Source of the DNA: Actinomycetota bacterium | GTDB taxonomy: Bacteria; Actinomycetota; Acidimicrobiia; Spongiisociales; UBA5794 | DNA length: 64,000 nucleotides | Reading direction: 5' to 3' | NCBI GenBank assembly: GCA_039715165.1 | Contig: JBDLHX010000001.1 | Location: forward strand, 298 to 64,297 | In this document: positions 20,043-28,526 of the stretch, piece after piece | Numbering within the stretch: the stretch's first letter is position 1 | Layout: each line of letters starts with the position of its first letter | Translations under genes and position numbers: made by a program | The notes under the pieces: generated by a model | Told to the model about the DNA's origin: nothing | Databases searched by the model: none | The model's input: only the letters and a program-made list of their open reading frames with translations

Positions 20043-20413
20043 GCCGCTCGGACAGTCCCAGGATGCGCAAGGTCAACGAGCTCATGCGCGAGGTCGTCGC
20101 CGATGCGGTGGCCGAGCTCAAGGACCCCGGCTTGGGATTCGTGACCATCACCGGGGTCGACACATCGCCCGACCTTCGCAACGCTTTCGTCTACTACTCC
20201 GTTCTCGGCACCGACGAGGAAGTCGAGGCAACGGGCGGGGCGCTCACGAGAGCCGCTCCCCACATTCAGTCCGTCGCCGGTCGCCAGATCCGGATGAAGT
20301 ACACGCCGAAGCTCACCTTCCGCGTGGATCCAGCGATAGGGGAAGGTCTCAAGATCGACCGCCTGCTGCGCGACATCGGCGATGAGCAGGAGGACGACCA
20401 TGTCCCCGACTGA
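20039..20413 (+). CDS. rbfA: ribosome-binding factor A
   Basis: RMRKVNELMREVVADAV...GFVTITGVDTSPDLRNAFVYYSVLG KH-like RbfA fold signature. Confidence 0.9.
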   Translation: MSRSDSPRMRKVNELMREVVADAVAELKDPGLGFVTITGVDTSPDLRNAFVYYSVLGTDEEVEATGGALTRAAPHIQSVAGRQIRMKYTPKLTFRVDPAIGEGLKIDRLLRDIGDEQEDDHVPD

Positions 20414-21365
20414 GGGCACGTGGGACCGAGCCGTCCGCGCCCTCGACCAGGCTGAGCGCATCGGCATCGTCGGTCACGTTCGGCCGGATGGTGATGCGCT
20501 CGGATCGGCCATCGCGCTCGCGCTCGCCGCACGCGGGGCCGGGAAGAACGCGGTGGTGTCATTCGGCGAGCCGTTCGCCATCGGGCAAGAGTTTCGGTTC
20601 CTCGACCAGAGCGTGCTCGTGCCGCCGAGCGAGTTCTCCGGCGACTTCGATCTCGTGGTTGTGTGCGACACCGGCAATCTCGACCGGGTCGGCTCTGTCG
20701 GCTCAGTGGTGCAGGCGGCGGACCGCGTCCTCGTGATCGATCACCACGTCACCGAGGGGGATCTCGGGGACGTTCGCGTCGTCGATCCAAAGGCGGCTGC
20801 GACCACCCAGCTCGTCCATGAGCTGCTGACCCGCATCGGATGGGATGTCACGCGGCCCATTGCAGAGGCTCTGTATGTAGGCCTGGTCACCGATACCGGC
20901 AGGTTCCAGTACTCGTCGACGAGTACGGATGTGCACCGTCTCGCGGCTGATCTGCTCGCTGCAGGCGTCGAGACGGCACCGATCGGCCAGATGCTCTACG
21001 AAGAGACCCCGTTCGGCTACTTCGCGGTCGTCGCACGCGTCCTCGGCCGTGCCCGGCTCGAGGAGGACGCCGGCCTCGTGTGGTCGGTGCTGCGGCAAGA
21101 CGATCTCCGGGAGGCCGGCATCCCGTGGGAGGCCGCAGACCCGCTCATCGACCTCGTGCGGCTCGCCCGGGAAGCAGGCGTTGCCTGCCTCCTCAAAGAG
21201 ACCCGGCCGGGCATCATCAAGGGGAGCCTCCGGTCGCGGGGCACCGTCGACGTCGCGGAGATCGCAGCTGCATTCCACGGCGGCGGGCACCGCAACGCCG
21301 CCGGGTTCACGACCGAACTGGATGTCGAGCAGACGATTGCCCGGATCCTGGAGCTTCTCGCGTGA
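20382..21365 (+). CDS. nrnA: DHH/DHHA1 family phosphoesterase (NrnA-type nanoRNase / pAp phosphatase)
   Basis: GHVRPDGDALGSAIAL...VIDHH DHH motifs and a C-terminal GGGH DHHA1 motif. Alternative ATG at 20400. Position matches the mycobacterial rbfA-nrnA-truB order. Confidence 0.85.
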   Translation: MSRRTTMSPTEGTWDRAVRALDQAERIGIVGHVRPDGDALGSAIALALAARGAGKNAVVSFGEPFAIGQEFRFLDQSVLVPPSEFSGDFDLVVVCDTGNLDRVGSVGSVVQAADRVLVIDHHVTEGDLGDVRVVDPKAAATTQLVHELLTRIGWDVTRPIAEALYVGLVTDTGRFQYSSTSTDVHRLAADLLAAGVETAPIGQMLYEETPFGYFAVVARVLGRARLEEDAGLVWSVLRQDDLREAGIPWEAADPLIDLVRLAREAGVACLLKETRPGIIKGSLRSRGTVDVAEIAAAFHGGGHRNAAGFTTELDVEQTIARILELLA

Positions 21366-22270
21366 CACGGAGCGGAGTCGGCGACGCGTTCATCCTCGTC
21401 GACAAGGAACAGGGTTGGACGAGCCACGACGTCGTGGCGAAAGTGCGCAGACTCGTCGGCGGGAAGGTCGGCCACGCCGGGACGCTCGATCCGATGGCGA
21501 CCGGGCTGCTCGTGCTCGGACTCGGGCGCAGCACTCGTCTGCTCCGCTTCGTGCAGGGTTTCGCCAAGGCGTACGAAGCGACGGCGCTGTTCGGCGTCGC
21601 GACGGACTCCCTCGACGCCGACGGTGCAATTCTCGATCGATCGCCGCTCCCCGTGACCGAGGCGCTCGTCGAACAGGCCGCCGATCGCTTCCGGGGGTCG
21701 ATCCTCCAGATGCCGCCCATGGTCTCGGCTCGCAAGGTCGAAGGCAAGCGACTCTACGAACTCGCTCGAGAGGGGAAGGTCGTCGAGCGCGAGGCGCGCC
21801 CGGTGGAGATCTACTCGCTGGCCATCACCGACCTCGCGCCGTCCGACTATCCGGAAGTGTCGTTCAACGTTGTGTGCAGCGCAGGAACCTACGTGCGCAC
21901 CCTTGCCGACGACATGGCGAGGACGCTCGGTGGCCGGGCGCACCTCACGAGGCTTCGCAGAGTGAGAAATGGCTCCCTGCATGTCAACGATGCGGTCACG
22001 ATCGCAGAGATCGAAAAGGCCGTCGACGCAGGGACCGTGGCGTCGCTCCTCATCGAACCGAGTGCCGCTCTCGGAGACCTGCCGGCTCGTCAGATCGATC
22101 CCTCGTACATCGTTGCGGCCAGCAACGGCGCCGCTATTCCCACCGCCGCCCTCGGTCAGGAGGAGGACGGTGGCGAAGGAGACGTCGTGCGACTGCTCGC
22201 AGGCGACGTTCTGCTCGGCGTCTATCGCATCGATGGTCTGTCGGTGAAGCCGGAGGTTGTGACCGCATGA
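21362..22270 (+). CDS. truB: tRNA pseudouridine(55) synthase
   Basis: GTG overlaps the nrnA stop. LVDKEQGWTSHDVV...GHAGTLDPMATGLL catalytic Asp motif, PUA-like C-terminus. Confidence 0.9.
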   Translation: MTRSGVGDAFILVDKEQGWTSHDVVAKVRRLVGGKVGHAGTLDPMATGLLVLGLGRSTRLLRFVQGFAKAYEATALFGVATDSLDADGAILDRSPLPVTEALVEQAADRFRGSILQMPPMVSARKVEGKRLYELAREGKVVEREARPVEIYSLAITDLAPSDYPEVSFNVVCSAGTYVRTLADDMARTLGGRAHLTRLRRVRNGSLHVNDAVTIAEIEKAVDAGTVASLLIEPSAALGDLPARQIDPSYIVAASNGAAIPTAALGQEEDGGEGDVVRLLAGDVLLGVYRIDGLSVKPEVVTA

Positions 22271-23199
22271 TCATCTACCAGGGAGACCCATCCGGCTGGG
22301 AGGCGCCTCCAAGAGGTTCGGCGGTCGCCATCGGCGTCTTCGACGGTGTCCACCTCGGTCACCGCAAGGTCCTCTCCGCGTTGCAGGAGGGGGACGAGGG
22401 CCTCACCAAGGTCGCGATGACGTTCGGAACGCATCCCGCAGCGCTCCTATCGAGCACGGGGGCTCCGTCGCGATTGAGCACCCTGAAGCGTCGATTCGAG
22501 CTCTTCGAAGAGGTTGGGATCGAGCGGGTCGCCGTGCTCGGTTTCGACGAGCAGATGAGGACGATGGCACCGAGCGACTTCGTGCAGCGCTTCCTCGTTG
22601 ACGGCCTGGATGCCCGCTGCGTCGTCGTCGGCGCCGGATTCCACTTCGGTATCGATGCAACCGGAACGACGAAGACGCTCAGAGAGATCGGAGAGCGCCT
22701 TGGTTTCAAGGTCACGGTCGTCGACATAGCGTGTGATGACCGCACCGAGATTCGCTCAACGACGATCCGAACGGCGATCGAAGAAGGGGACGTGGTTCGA
22801 GCAGGCGCGATGCTCGGGCGTCCCTACGAGCTCGAGGGGATCGTGGTTCCGGGCGACGAGCGAGGCCGCGATCTGGGTGTCTCGACTGCGAAGATCTCGT
22901 TTCCTGCGACGCTCACAGTCCCGAAACACGGCGTCTACGCCGTTCTGGTCTGGATCGATGGGATCGAGCACCGAGGAGTTGCGAACCTGGGTCTTCACAC
23001 GACGCACGGGGTATCCGCCGATGTGCTCGCTGTTCACGTCATCGGTGTCGAGCGAGATCTCTACGGGAAGCAGCTCCGGGTCGGCTTCGTCGACCGCATC
23101 CGTGACGAGATCGAGTTCACGACGACCGACGACATTGCGACGCAGATCCAAGACGACATCGAGACGGCGAAGCGCATCTCCGGCGATCGCGCCCCTTGA
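22267..23199 (+). CDS. ribF: bifunctional riboflavin kinase / FMN adenylyltransferase
   Basis: ATG overlaps the truB stop. AIGVFDGVHLGHRKVL FAD-synthetase motif; C-terminal riboflavin kinase domain (PTANL-like region GVANLGLHTT). Confidence 0.9.
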   Translation: MIIYQGDPSGWEAPPRGSAVAIGVFDGVHLGHRKVLSALQEGDEGLTKVAMTFGTHPAALLSSTGAPSRLSTLKRRFELFEEVGIERVAVLGFDEQMRTMAPSDFVQRFLVDGLDARCVVVGAGFHFGIDATGTTKTLREIGERLGFKVTVVDIACDDRTEIRSTTIRTAIEEGDVVRAGAMLGRPYELEGIVVPGDERGRDLGVSTAKISFPATLTVPKHGVYAVLVWIDGIEHRGVANLGLHTTHGVSADVLAVHVIGVERDLYGKQLRVGFVDRIRDEIEFTTTDDIATQIQDDIETAKRISGDRAP

Positions 23200-23259
23200 C
23201 CGTCGGGCATCACCCCGGCAGGGTGGTGATGTCTCCCGCACTCCCCAGGAACGGATCCT

Positions 23260-24360
23260 TTGATGTCCGGAGCCCTGCTTGCCGCGGGTTGGATTCTCGC
23301 CTCGCTCATCTCTGTGCCGCCGTCAGTCGCCACATCCCCGTCGTTTGCGCCTACGACCACACCAGGTGTGGCTTTCAACACAGACGACGCGGAGCTGCCC
23401 GTCCTGGCGCCCGGAGACGGGCTCGGACTCGCGCCCACGACCCCGGTCCGCAGTGGGAACGGGTCGAATAGGGCTCCCGTCTCTCCCATCGGCGGGGCAG
23501 GGCTGGGCGCAGTGGCAGCAGCCGGAGCCGTGCTCATGCGGCGTCGACGCATCGGAGGAGCGGCCGCGACAACGGGTCCGCTCTTCGTCTACGTGCCGGG
23601 TCACGGTGGCGATCCGGCCGGCTTCGACGACCTCGCAGGCCGGGCGGGCATTGCTCAGAGCGACATCCGGGTCTTCGACTACCGCTGGGCCTGGCCGGAC
23701 GGCGACCCCATCGAGGCGTCGCGCCGCGCCCCAACCGAAGACGCCGCCGACGCCCTCGGGGCCTATCTCGCGGCACTCGGCGCCGATGGGCGACCGATCT
23801 ACCTCGTCGGGCACAGCAAGGGCGGGGCTGTGATCACTGAAGTCGTGAGCCGCTGGGACGACCACCCGGTCATCGCTGTCGAATCGGTCGTGGGAGCCGC
23901 CATCCTCGACCCTCCCATCGCCACCGGACCGCTCGGCGTGCTCCAGAGCATTGGCTGGTTCCACGGCGACACCGCGGACGATGGGCTCTTCGAGCCTGTG
24001 CGATGCGGATGGACCGGATGCACCGACATTCGGGACCATCTCGGTGAACGGTCCGGAGTGGAGGTTGTGATCGTCCGCAATCCCGATGCCGGCTTCACGA
24101 ACTTCCACGATCTGCCGAGTGGTGTGCGTGTCTTGGACTTCGACGACGGAGGAGGCAGCCTCCTCTCGCGCTTCCCCAATCCGATCGCAATGTGGATTCG
24201 AATGGGCGAGGCCCACAACTCGGTGATGCACAGCGACGTCGTCGCCGACTGCATCGCCGCCGAGGCGCGTTCGGCCGGCACGTGCGAGTGGCCGGAGCCC
24301 CGGCGGGTCACGGCAATGTGGGGAGCGGGGACGTCCGGAAGTGATCCGCTCATGCGGTAA
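23260..24360 (+). CDS. hypothetical alpha/beta-hydrolase-like protein with N-terminal hydrophobic segment, Pro/Thr linker and TM anchor
   Basis: Nucleophile-elbow-like YLVGHSKGGAV; N-terminal hydrophobic stretch, then PTTTPG linker and a second hydrophobic helix followed by RRRR. No confident family assignment. Confidence 0.45.
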   Translation: MMSGALLAAGWILASLISVPPSVATSPSFAPTTTPGVAFNTDDAELPVLAPGDGLGLAPTTPVRSGNGSNRAPVSPIGGAGLGAVAAAGAVLMRRRRIGGAAATTGPLFVYVPGHGGDPAGFDDLAGRAGIAQSDIRVFDYRWAWPDGDPIEASRRAPTEDAADALGAYLAALGADGRPIYLVGHSKGGAVITEVVSRWDDHPVIAVESVVGAAILDPPIATGPLGVLQSIGWFHGDTADDGLFEPVRCGWTGCTDIRDHLGERSGVEVVIVRNPDAGFTNFHDLPSGVRVLDFDDGGGSLLSRFPNPIAMWIRMGEAHNSVMHSDVVADCIAAEARSAGTCEWPEPRRVTAMWGAGTSGSDPLMR

Positions 24361-24456
24361 GAGCGTGCTGAGATGATTCGCTCGTTAGCGCAGACCGTTG
24401 CTATCATGCCGTCTCGGGCGTTCGCCCGCGTACTCTGTCGCGAAGGAAAGACCCTC

Positions 24457-24714
24457 GTGAACGACACACAAACCGTCGTCGATGATTTCGGCACGCACGC
24501 CACGGACACCGGTTCGCCGGAGGTCCAGGTGGCGCTGCTCACCGAACGCATCAACCATCTCACCGAGCATCTCAAGGTCCATAAGAAGGACCACCACAGC
24601 CGTAGAGGGCTGTTGATGATGGTCGGGAAGCGCAGGCGACTCCTCCGGTACCTCCACGACCAAGATGTGGAGCGATACCGGTCGCTCATAGCGAAACTGG
24701 GATTGCGCCGATAG
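24457..24714 (+). CDS. rpsO: 30S ribosomal protein S15
   Basis: [51 protein letters not shown] near-identical to the actinobacterial S15 core. Start assigned to GTG 24457; the ORF-track extension to 24373 is discarded. Exact start uncertain by a few codons. Confidence 0.85.
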   Translation: MNDTQTVVDDFGTHATDTGSPEVQVALLTERINHLTEHLKVHKKDHHSRRGLLMMVGKRRRLLRYLHDQDVERYRSLIAKLGLRR

Positions 24715-24722
24715 CGCAGACG

Positions 24723-24752
24723 GAGGCGGCTCTCGGGCCGCCTTCGGCGTAT
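24723..24752 (+). terminator. rpsO terminator / pnp leader hairpin
   Basis: GAGGCGGC-tctcgg-GCCGCCTT stem-loop followed by a T-containing tract (tcggcgtattcgg), at the classical rpsO-pnp junction. Confidence 0.5.
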
Positions 24753-24867
24753 TCGGCGTCCCATCGCAAGCAAGCGCGGTGGAACCAGTTGTCAGTGGAT
24801 GGGGCTCGACTCCGTCGAGATCTGCTCACTGCCAATTGGACCCCGCATATACGAAAGAGAGATCCAA

Positions 24868-27237
24868 TTGGCTGAGATTGCCATTCGTGGGCTCGTCGGA
24901 GAGGTGGAGATTGAACTCCGCGCCGGCGAACTCGCTCAACTCGCCGACGGCGCCGTCACCGTGCGCGTCGGAGACACCGAGGTCCTCGTCACCGCTGCCG
25001 CATCGACGCGGCTGCGTGAAGGCGCCGACTTCTTCCCGCTCACCGTCGATGTCGAAGAGCGTATGTACGCCGTCGGCAAGATCCCGGGTTCGTTCTTCCG
25101 TCGTGAAGGACGCGCAACGGAGAAGGCCATCCTGACGTGCCGACTCATCGACCGTCCGCTCCGTCCCAACTTCCCCGACGGCTATCGCAACGACACACAC
25201 GTTGTGGCGACCATCCTGTCGGCCGACCTCATCAACGCCTACGACCTTCCTGCGCTCAACGGCGCGTCGGGTGCGTTGACGCTGAGTTCGCTTCCGTTCG
25301 ATGGGCCGATCGGCGCCGTCCGACTCGCCCTCATCGACGGTGTCTGGATTCCGTTCCCGACGTACGAGCAGCTCGAAGGCGCCGTCTTCGAACTCGTCGT
25401 CGCCGGCAAGCGCAACGACTCCGGTGATGTCGACATCGCCATGGTCGAGGCTGGGGCCACCGAGAACGGCTACCGCCTCGTCAAGGACGGCCAGCAGGCC
25501 AGTGATGAGGAGACCGTTGCCCGCGGCCTTGAAGAGGCGAAGGGCTACATCGCTACGCTGATCGACATGCAGCTCGAGTTGCTCGAGGCGGTCGGTCCGG
25601 CCGAAGCCGTCGAGTGGCCCATCAATGAGGCTTACTCAGCCGAGATGTACGAGCGCGTCGAAGGGATCGCCAAACCGAAGCTCGAAGAGCTCGGCACGAT
25701 CGCTGACAAGACCGAGCGTCTCGAAGCCGAAGCCTCGACGAAGGAAGCCGCGCTCGCCGAGCTCGGCCTCGAAGAGGACGACACCGACGGTCTGAAGGCC
25801 GCCAAGAACGCGTTCCGCAAGGTTCAGAAGAACGTCATGCGTTCGCGTGTCGTCAACGAGGGCGTCCGTCTCGATGGTCGCGGCCTCACCGACGTGCGTG
25901 AGATCGACGTCAAGGTCGGGATGATCCCTGAGGCCCACGGGTCCGGGTTGTTCCGTCGTGGCGAGACCCAGGTGCTGAACGTCACCACGCTCGGCATGCT
26001 GAAGATGGAGCAGATGCTCGACACGATCTCCATCGAAGAGTCCAAGCGGTACATGCACCACTACAACATGCCGCCGTTCGCGACCGGCGAAGCCGGCTTC
26101 ATGCGCGGCCCGAAGCGTCGTGAAATCGGCCACGGTGCGCTCGCAGAGAAGGCGCTCCTTCCCGTCATCCCGGATGACGAGGAGTTCCCGTATGCGTTCC
26201 GCCTCGTTTCCGAGGTCCTGATGTCCAACGGCTCTTCGTCGATGGCGTCGGTTTGCGGATCGTCGCTTTCGCTCATGGATGCCGGCGTTCCGATCGCGGC
26301 CCCGGTCGCCGGAATCGCCATGGGTCTCATCAACCACGACGACAAGTTCGTGACGCTGACCGACATCCTCGGTGCTGAAGATGCGCTCGGTGACATGGAC
26401 TTCAAGGTCGCAGGGACCGAGGACATGATCACGGCGCTCCAGCTCGACACGAAGATCGAGTCGCTCCCCGCTCAGGTACTCATCGACGCGATGAGCCAGG
26501 CGAAGGATGCCAGGCTGTACATCCTCGGCAAGATGACCGATGTGCTCCCCGCGCCTCGTGAAGAGCTTGCCGAGAAGGCCCCGAAGATCGAAGCGATCAT
26601 GGTCCCGAAGGACAAGATCGGCGAGGTCATCGGACCGAAGGGCAAGACGATCAGGGAGCTCGAAGAAGAGACCGGTGCGAAGATCGAGATCGAAGACGAC
26701 GGCACGATCCGTGTCGGCGCCCCCGACACGACATCGCTCGAGCTCGCCAAGGAGCGGATCCTGGCCATCGGCTACCCGCCCGAGGCGAACGTCGGCGAGA
26801 CGTATGAAGGCGAAGTCGTGAATATCACGAAGTTCGGCGCATTCGTCAACATCCTGCCCGGCCGCGATGGTCTGCTGCACATCTCGAAGATCGGCGGTGG
26901 GAAGCGCATCGACAAGGTCGAGGACGTGCTCGCACTCGGTGACAAGGTTGAGGTCGTCGTTCGTGAGATCGACGATCGCGGCAAGGTCAGCCTCGACCTC
27001 GCCAACGCCCCGGAGCCGTCAGGCGACGAGGGTGGCGGGTCGAAGGGCGACGATCGCCGTTCGGACCGCAGCGAGGGTCGCCGTGACCGTGGTGATCGCG
27101 GTCGTGACCGCAACCGTGGTCGTGACAGGGACCGTGGTCGTGACAGGGACCGGGACCGTGGCAGCGACCGTGGCGGCGAGGCCAAGCCCGGCCGCACCGT
27201 CGTGTCGTTCGAAGACGACTTCGAGTCCGGTAACTGA
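24868..27237 (+). CDS. pnp: polyribonucleotide nucleotidyltransferase (PNPase) with C-terminal RD/RG-repeat tail
   Basis: Two RNase PH-like domains (FFPLTVDVEERMYAVGKIPGSFFRREGR...), KH and S1 domains, then a DRGDRGRDRNRGRDRDRGRDRDRDRG low-complexity tail. TTG at 24868 gives the canonical N-terminal length; an in-frame ATG at 24799 would add 23 aa. Confidence 0.85.
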   Translation: MAEIAIRGLVGEVEIELRAGELAQLADGAVTVRVGDTEVLVTAAASTRLREGADFFPLTVDVEERMYAVGKIPGSFFRREGRATEKAILTCRLIDRPLRPNFPDGYRNDTHVVATILSADLINAYDLPALNGASGALTLSSLPFDGPIGAVRLALIDGVWIPFPTYEQLEGAVFELVVAGKRNDSGDVDIAMVEAGATENGYRLVKDGQQASDEETVARGLEEAKGYIATLIDMQLELLEAVGPAEAVEWPINEAYSAEMYERVEGIAKPKLEELGTIADKTERLEAEASTKEAALAELGLEEDDTDGLKAAKNAFRKVQKNVMRSRVVNEGVRLDGRGLTDVREIDVKVGMIPEAHGSGLFRRGETQVLNVTTLGMLKMEQMLDTISIEESKRYMHHYNMPPFATGEAGFMRGPKRREIGHGALAEKALLPVIPDDEEFPYAFRLVSEVLMSNGSSSMASVCGSSLSLMDAGVPIAAPVAGIAMGLINHDDKFVTLTDILGAEDALGDMDFKVAGTEDMITALQLDTKIESLPAQVLIDAMSQAKDARLYILGKMTDVLPAPREELAEKAPKIEAIMVPKDKIGEVIGPKGKTIRELEEETGAKIEIEDDGTIRVGAPDTTSLELAKERILAIGYPPEANVGETYEGEVVNITKFGAFVNILPGRDGLLHISKIGGGKRIDKVEDVLALGDKVEVVVREIDDRGKVSLDLANAPEPSGDEGGGSKGDDRRSDRSEGRRDRGDRGRDRNRGRDRDRGRDRDRDRGSDRGGEAKPGRTVVSFEDDFESGN

Positions 27238-27256
27238 CCAAACCAATCCGTGATGG

Positions 27257-27292
27257 AAGGGGCCCGGCGATGCCGGGCCCCTTCTGCTGTTT
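27257..27292 (+). terminator. intrinsic terminator of pnp
   Basis: AAGGGGCCCGGC-gat-GCCGGGCCCCTT perfect stem followed by TTCTGCTGTTTG. Confidence 0.8.
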
Positions 27293-27410
27293 GCCCCCAC
27301 TCGCGTTCTTGTCAGGGGAACGATCGGCAGTGCCGACTGTGGCAGCGATGGGGATCGCATCGCGACCGTCCTCCCAGGTCCAGCCGGTGGGGGAGCGCAC
27401 GTAGATAGCG

Positions 27411-27437
27411 AGAAGCCCCGGGGATCCCGGGGCTTCT
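27411..27437. terminator. perfect 12-bp palindromic hairpin between pnp and dodecin (bidirectional terminator candidate)
   Basis: AGAAGCCCCGGG-gat-CCCGGGGCTTCT; T-containing tract on the + side (cgtctttcaat). Lies 20 nt downstream of the dodecin stop on the minus strand. Confidence 0.55.
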
Positions 27438-27459
27438 CGGCGTCTTTCAATGGGAACGG

Positions 27460-27666
27460 TCAGTCTTCGAGCACGAACGTCAGCTTCATGTCGACGCGGA
27501 AGTGTTTGATCGTTCCATCCTCGGCGAGGATGACCTTCTGTTCTGAAACCCAAGCGCCCCGGATGCCATCGATGGACTTCTGCGCCTTGGAGATGCCTTT
27601 TCGAATGGCGTCCTCGAAGCTTCCGGGGGAGGTAGAGGTGATCTCGATCACCTTCGCAATCGACAC
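27460..27666 (-). CDS. dodecin family flavin-binding protein
   Basis: 68 aa; MSIAKVIEITSTSPGSFEDAIRKG...AWVSEQKVILAEDGTIKHFRVDMKLTFVLED matches the dodecin fold pattern (compare the Thermus and mycobacterial dodecins). Confidence 0.8.
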   Translation of the reverse strand: MSIAKVIEITSTSPGSFEDAIRKGISKAQKSIDGIRGAWVSEQKVILAEDGTIKHFRVDMKLTFVLED

Positions 27667-27716
27667 GGACGTGCTCCTTTCGTCGTTGCCTCACACCAGG
27701 TTACCTCACTTGCGAA

Positions 27717-27732
27717 TCGAACATATGTTCGA
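27717..27732. promoter_or_regulatory. LexA box (SOS box) TCGAACATATGTTCGA followed by TAGGAT -10-like hexamer
   Basis: perfect match to the actinobacterial/Gram-positive LexA consensus TCGAAC-N4-GTTCGA; lies in the divergent spacer between dodecin and imuA'. Confidence 0.8.
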
Positions 27733-27821
27733 TTAGGATGGCGGGCCCGATTGAGCAGGAGAAACGGTGTGGCGGTGAGCGAACTCCAAGCTTCAACCAT
27801 GTCCCTTCGGTTCGGGGGGAC

Positions 27822-28526
27822 ATGCGTTGTGGGAAGGTGTGCGTTCCGGCGGGGGGACAGGTGAGAGAGGTGGCTGCACCTCACCTATCCGCGCGTCTTC
27901 TCAGCACGGACTACGGAGTACGGACTACGGAGTACGGGTTGCCGGCCATCGGTCCCGGCCAGGTCGCCGTGCTCTCCGGGGACCCCGGGCTCGGCATGAC
28001 CCGCCTCGGGCTCATCCTGCTCTCCGAGCACACCCGGGCAGGGCCGGTCGCTTACCTCGACGTCCGCGGGTGGCTGAGCCCGCTCGCGGCATGGGAGGTC
28101 GGGATCGAACCCGACAGGCTCGTGATCGCACGCTGCAGCGAGGTGACCCAATGGGGGAGGGCCACTGCGACGCTCCTCGACGGTGCATCGGCGGTGTTGG
28201 CCGAGGTGCCGGCGAGGGTGAAGGAGGCATCGATCCGCAGGCTCGCTGCGCTCGCCAGAAACCGCGGAACACCGCTCCTGCTCCGACCCCTCGGTCACAC
28301 GGCTCTCTCCGGGGTCGCTCACCTCACCCTCGCAGCACGCGACACCTCCTGGAGCGGGACCGATGAAGGGCACGGCAGGATCGAGCGAAGAACGATTCAG
28401 ATCACGGCCTCGGGGAAGGCCATGCGGGGGATGACCCGAACGATCGAGATGGAGGACGATGGCTCGAACACTCTGCGTGTGGTATCCGGAGTGGCCGCTG
28501 CGAAGACCGGGAGTGCCGCAGGATGA
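27822..28526 (+). CDS. imuA': ImuA' (RecA-fold mutasome accessory protein)
   Basis: Immediately upstream of and overlapping imuB, behind a LexA box. Start assigned to ATG 27822 (GGGGGGA 4-10 nt upstream) because the first ATG at 27738 lies inside the predicted -10 region. Family assignment rests mainly on context and size. Confidence 0.55.
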   Translation: MRCGKVCVPAGGQVREVAAPHLSARLLSTDYGVRTTEYGLPAIGPGQVAVLSGDPGLGMTRLGLILLSEHTRAGPVAYLDVRGWLSPLAAWEVGIEPDRLVIARCSEVTQWGRATATLLDGASAVLAEVPARVKEASIRRLAALARNRGTPLLLRPLGHTALSGVAHLTLAARDTSWSGTDEGHGRIERRTIQITASGKAMRGMTRTIEMEDDGSNTLRVVSGVAAAKTGSAAG

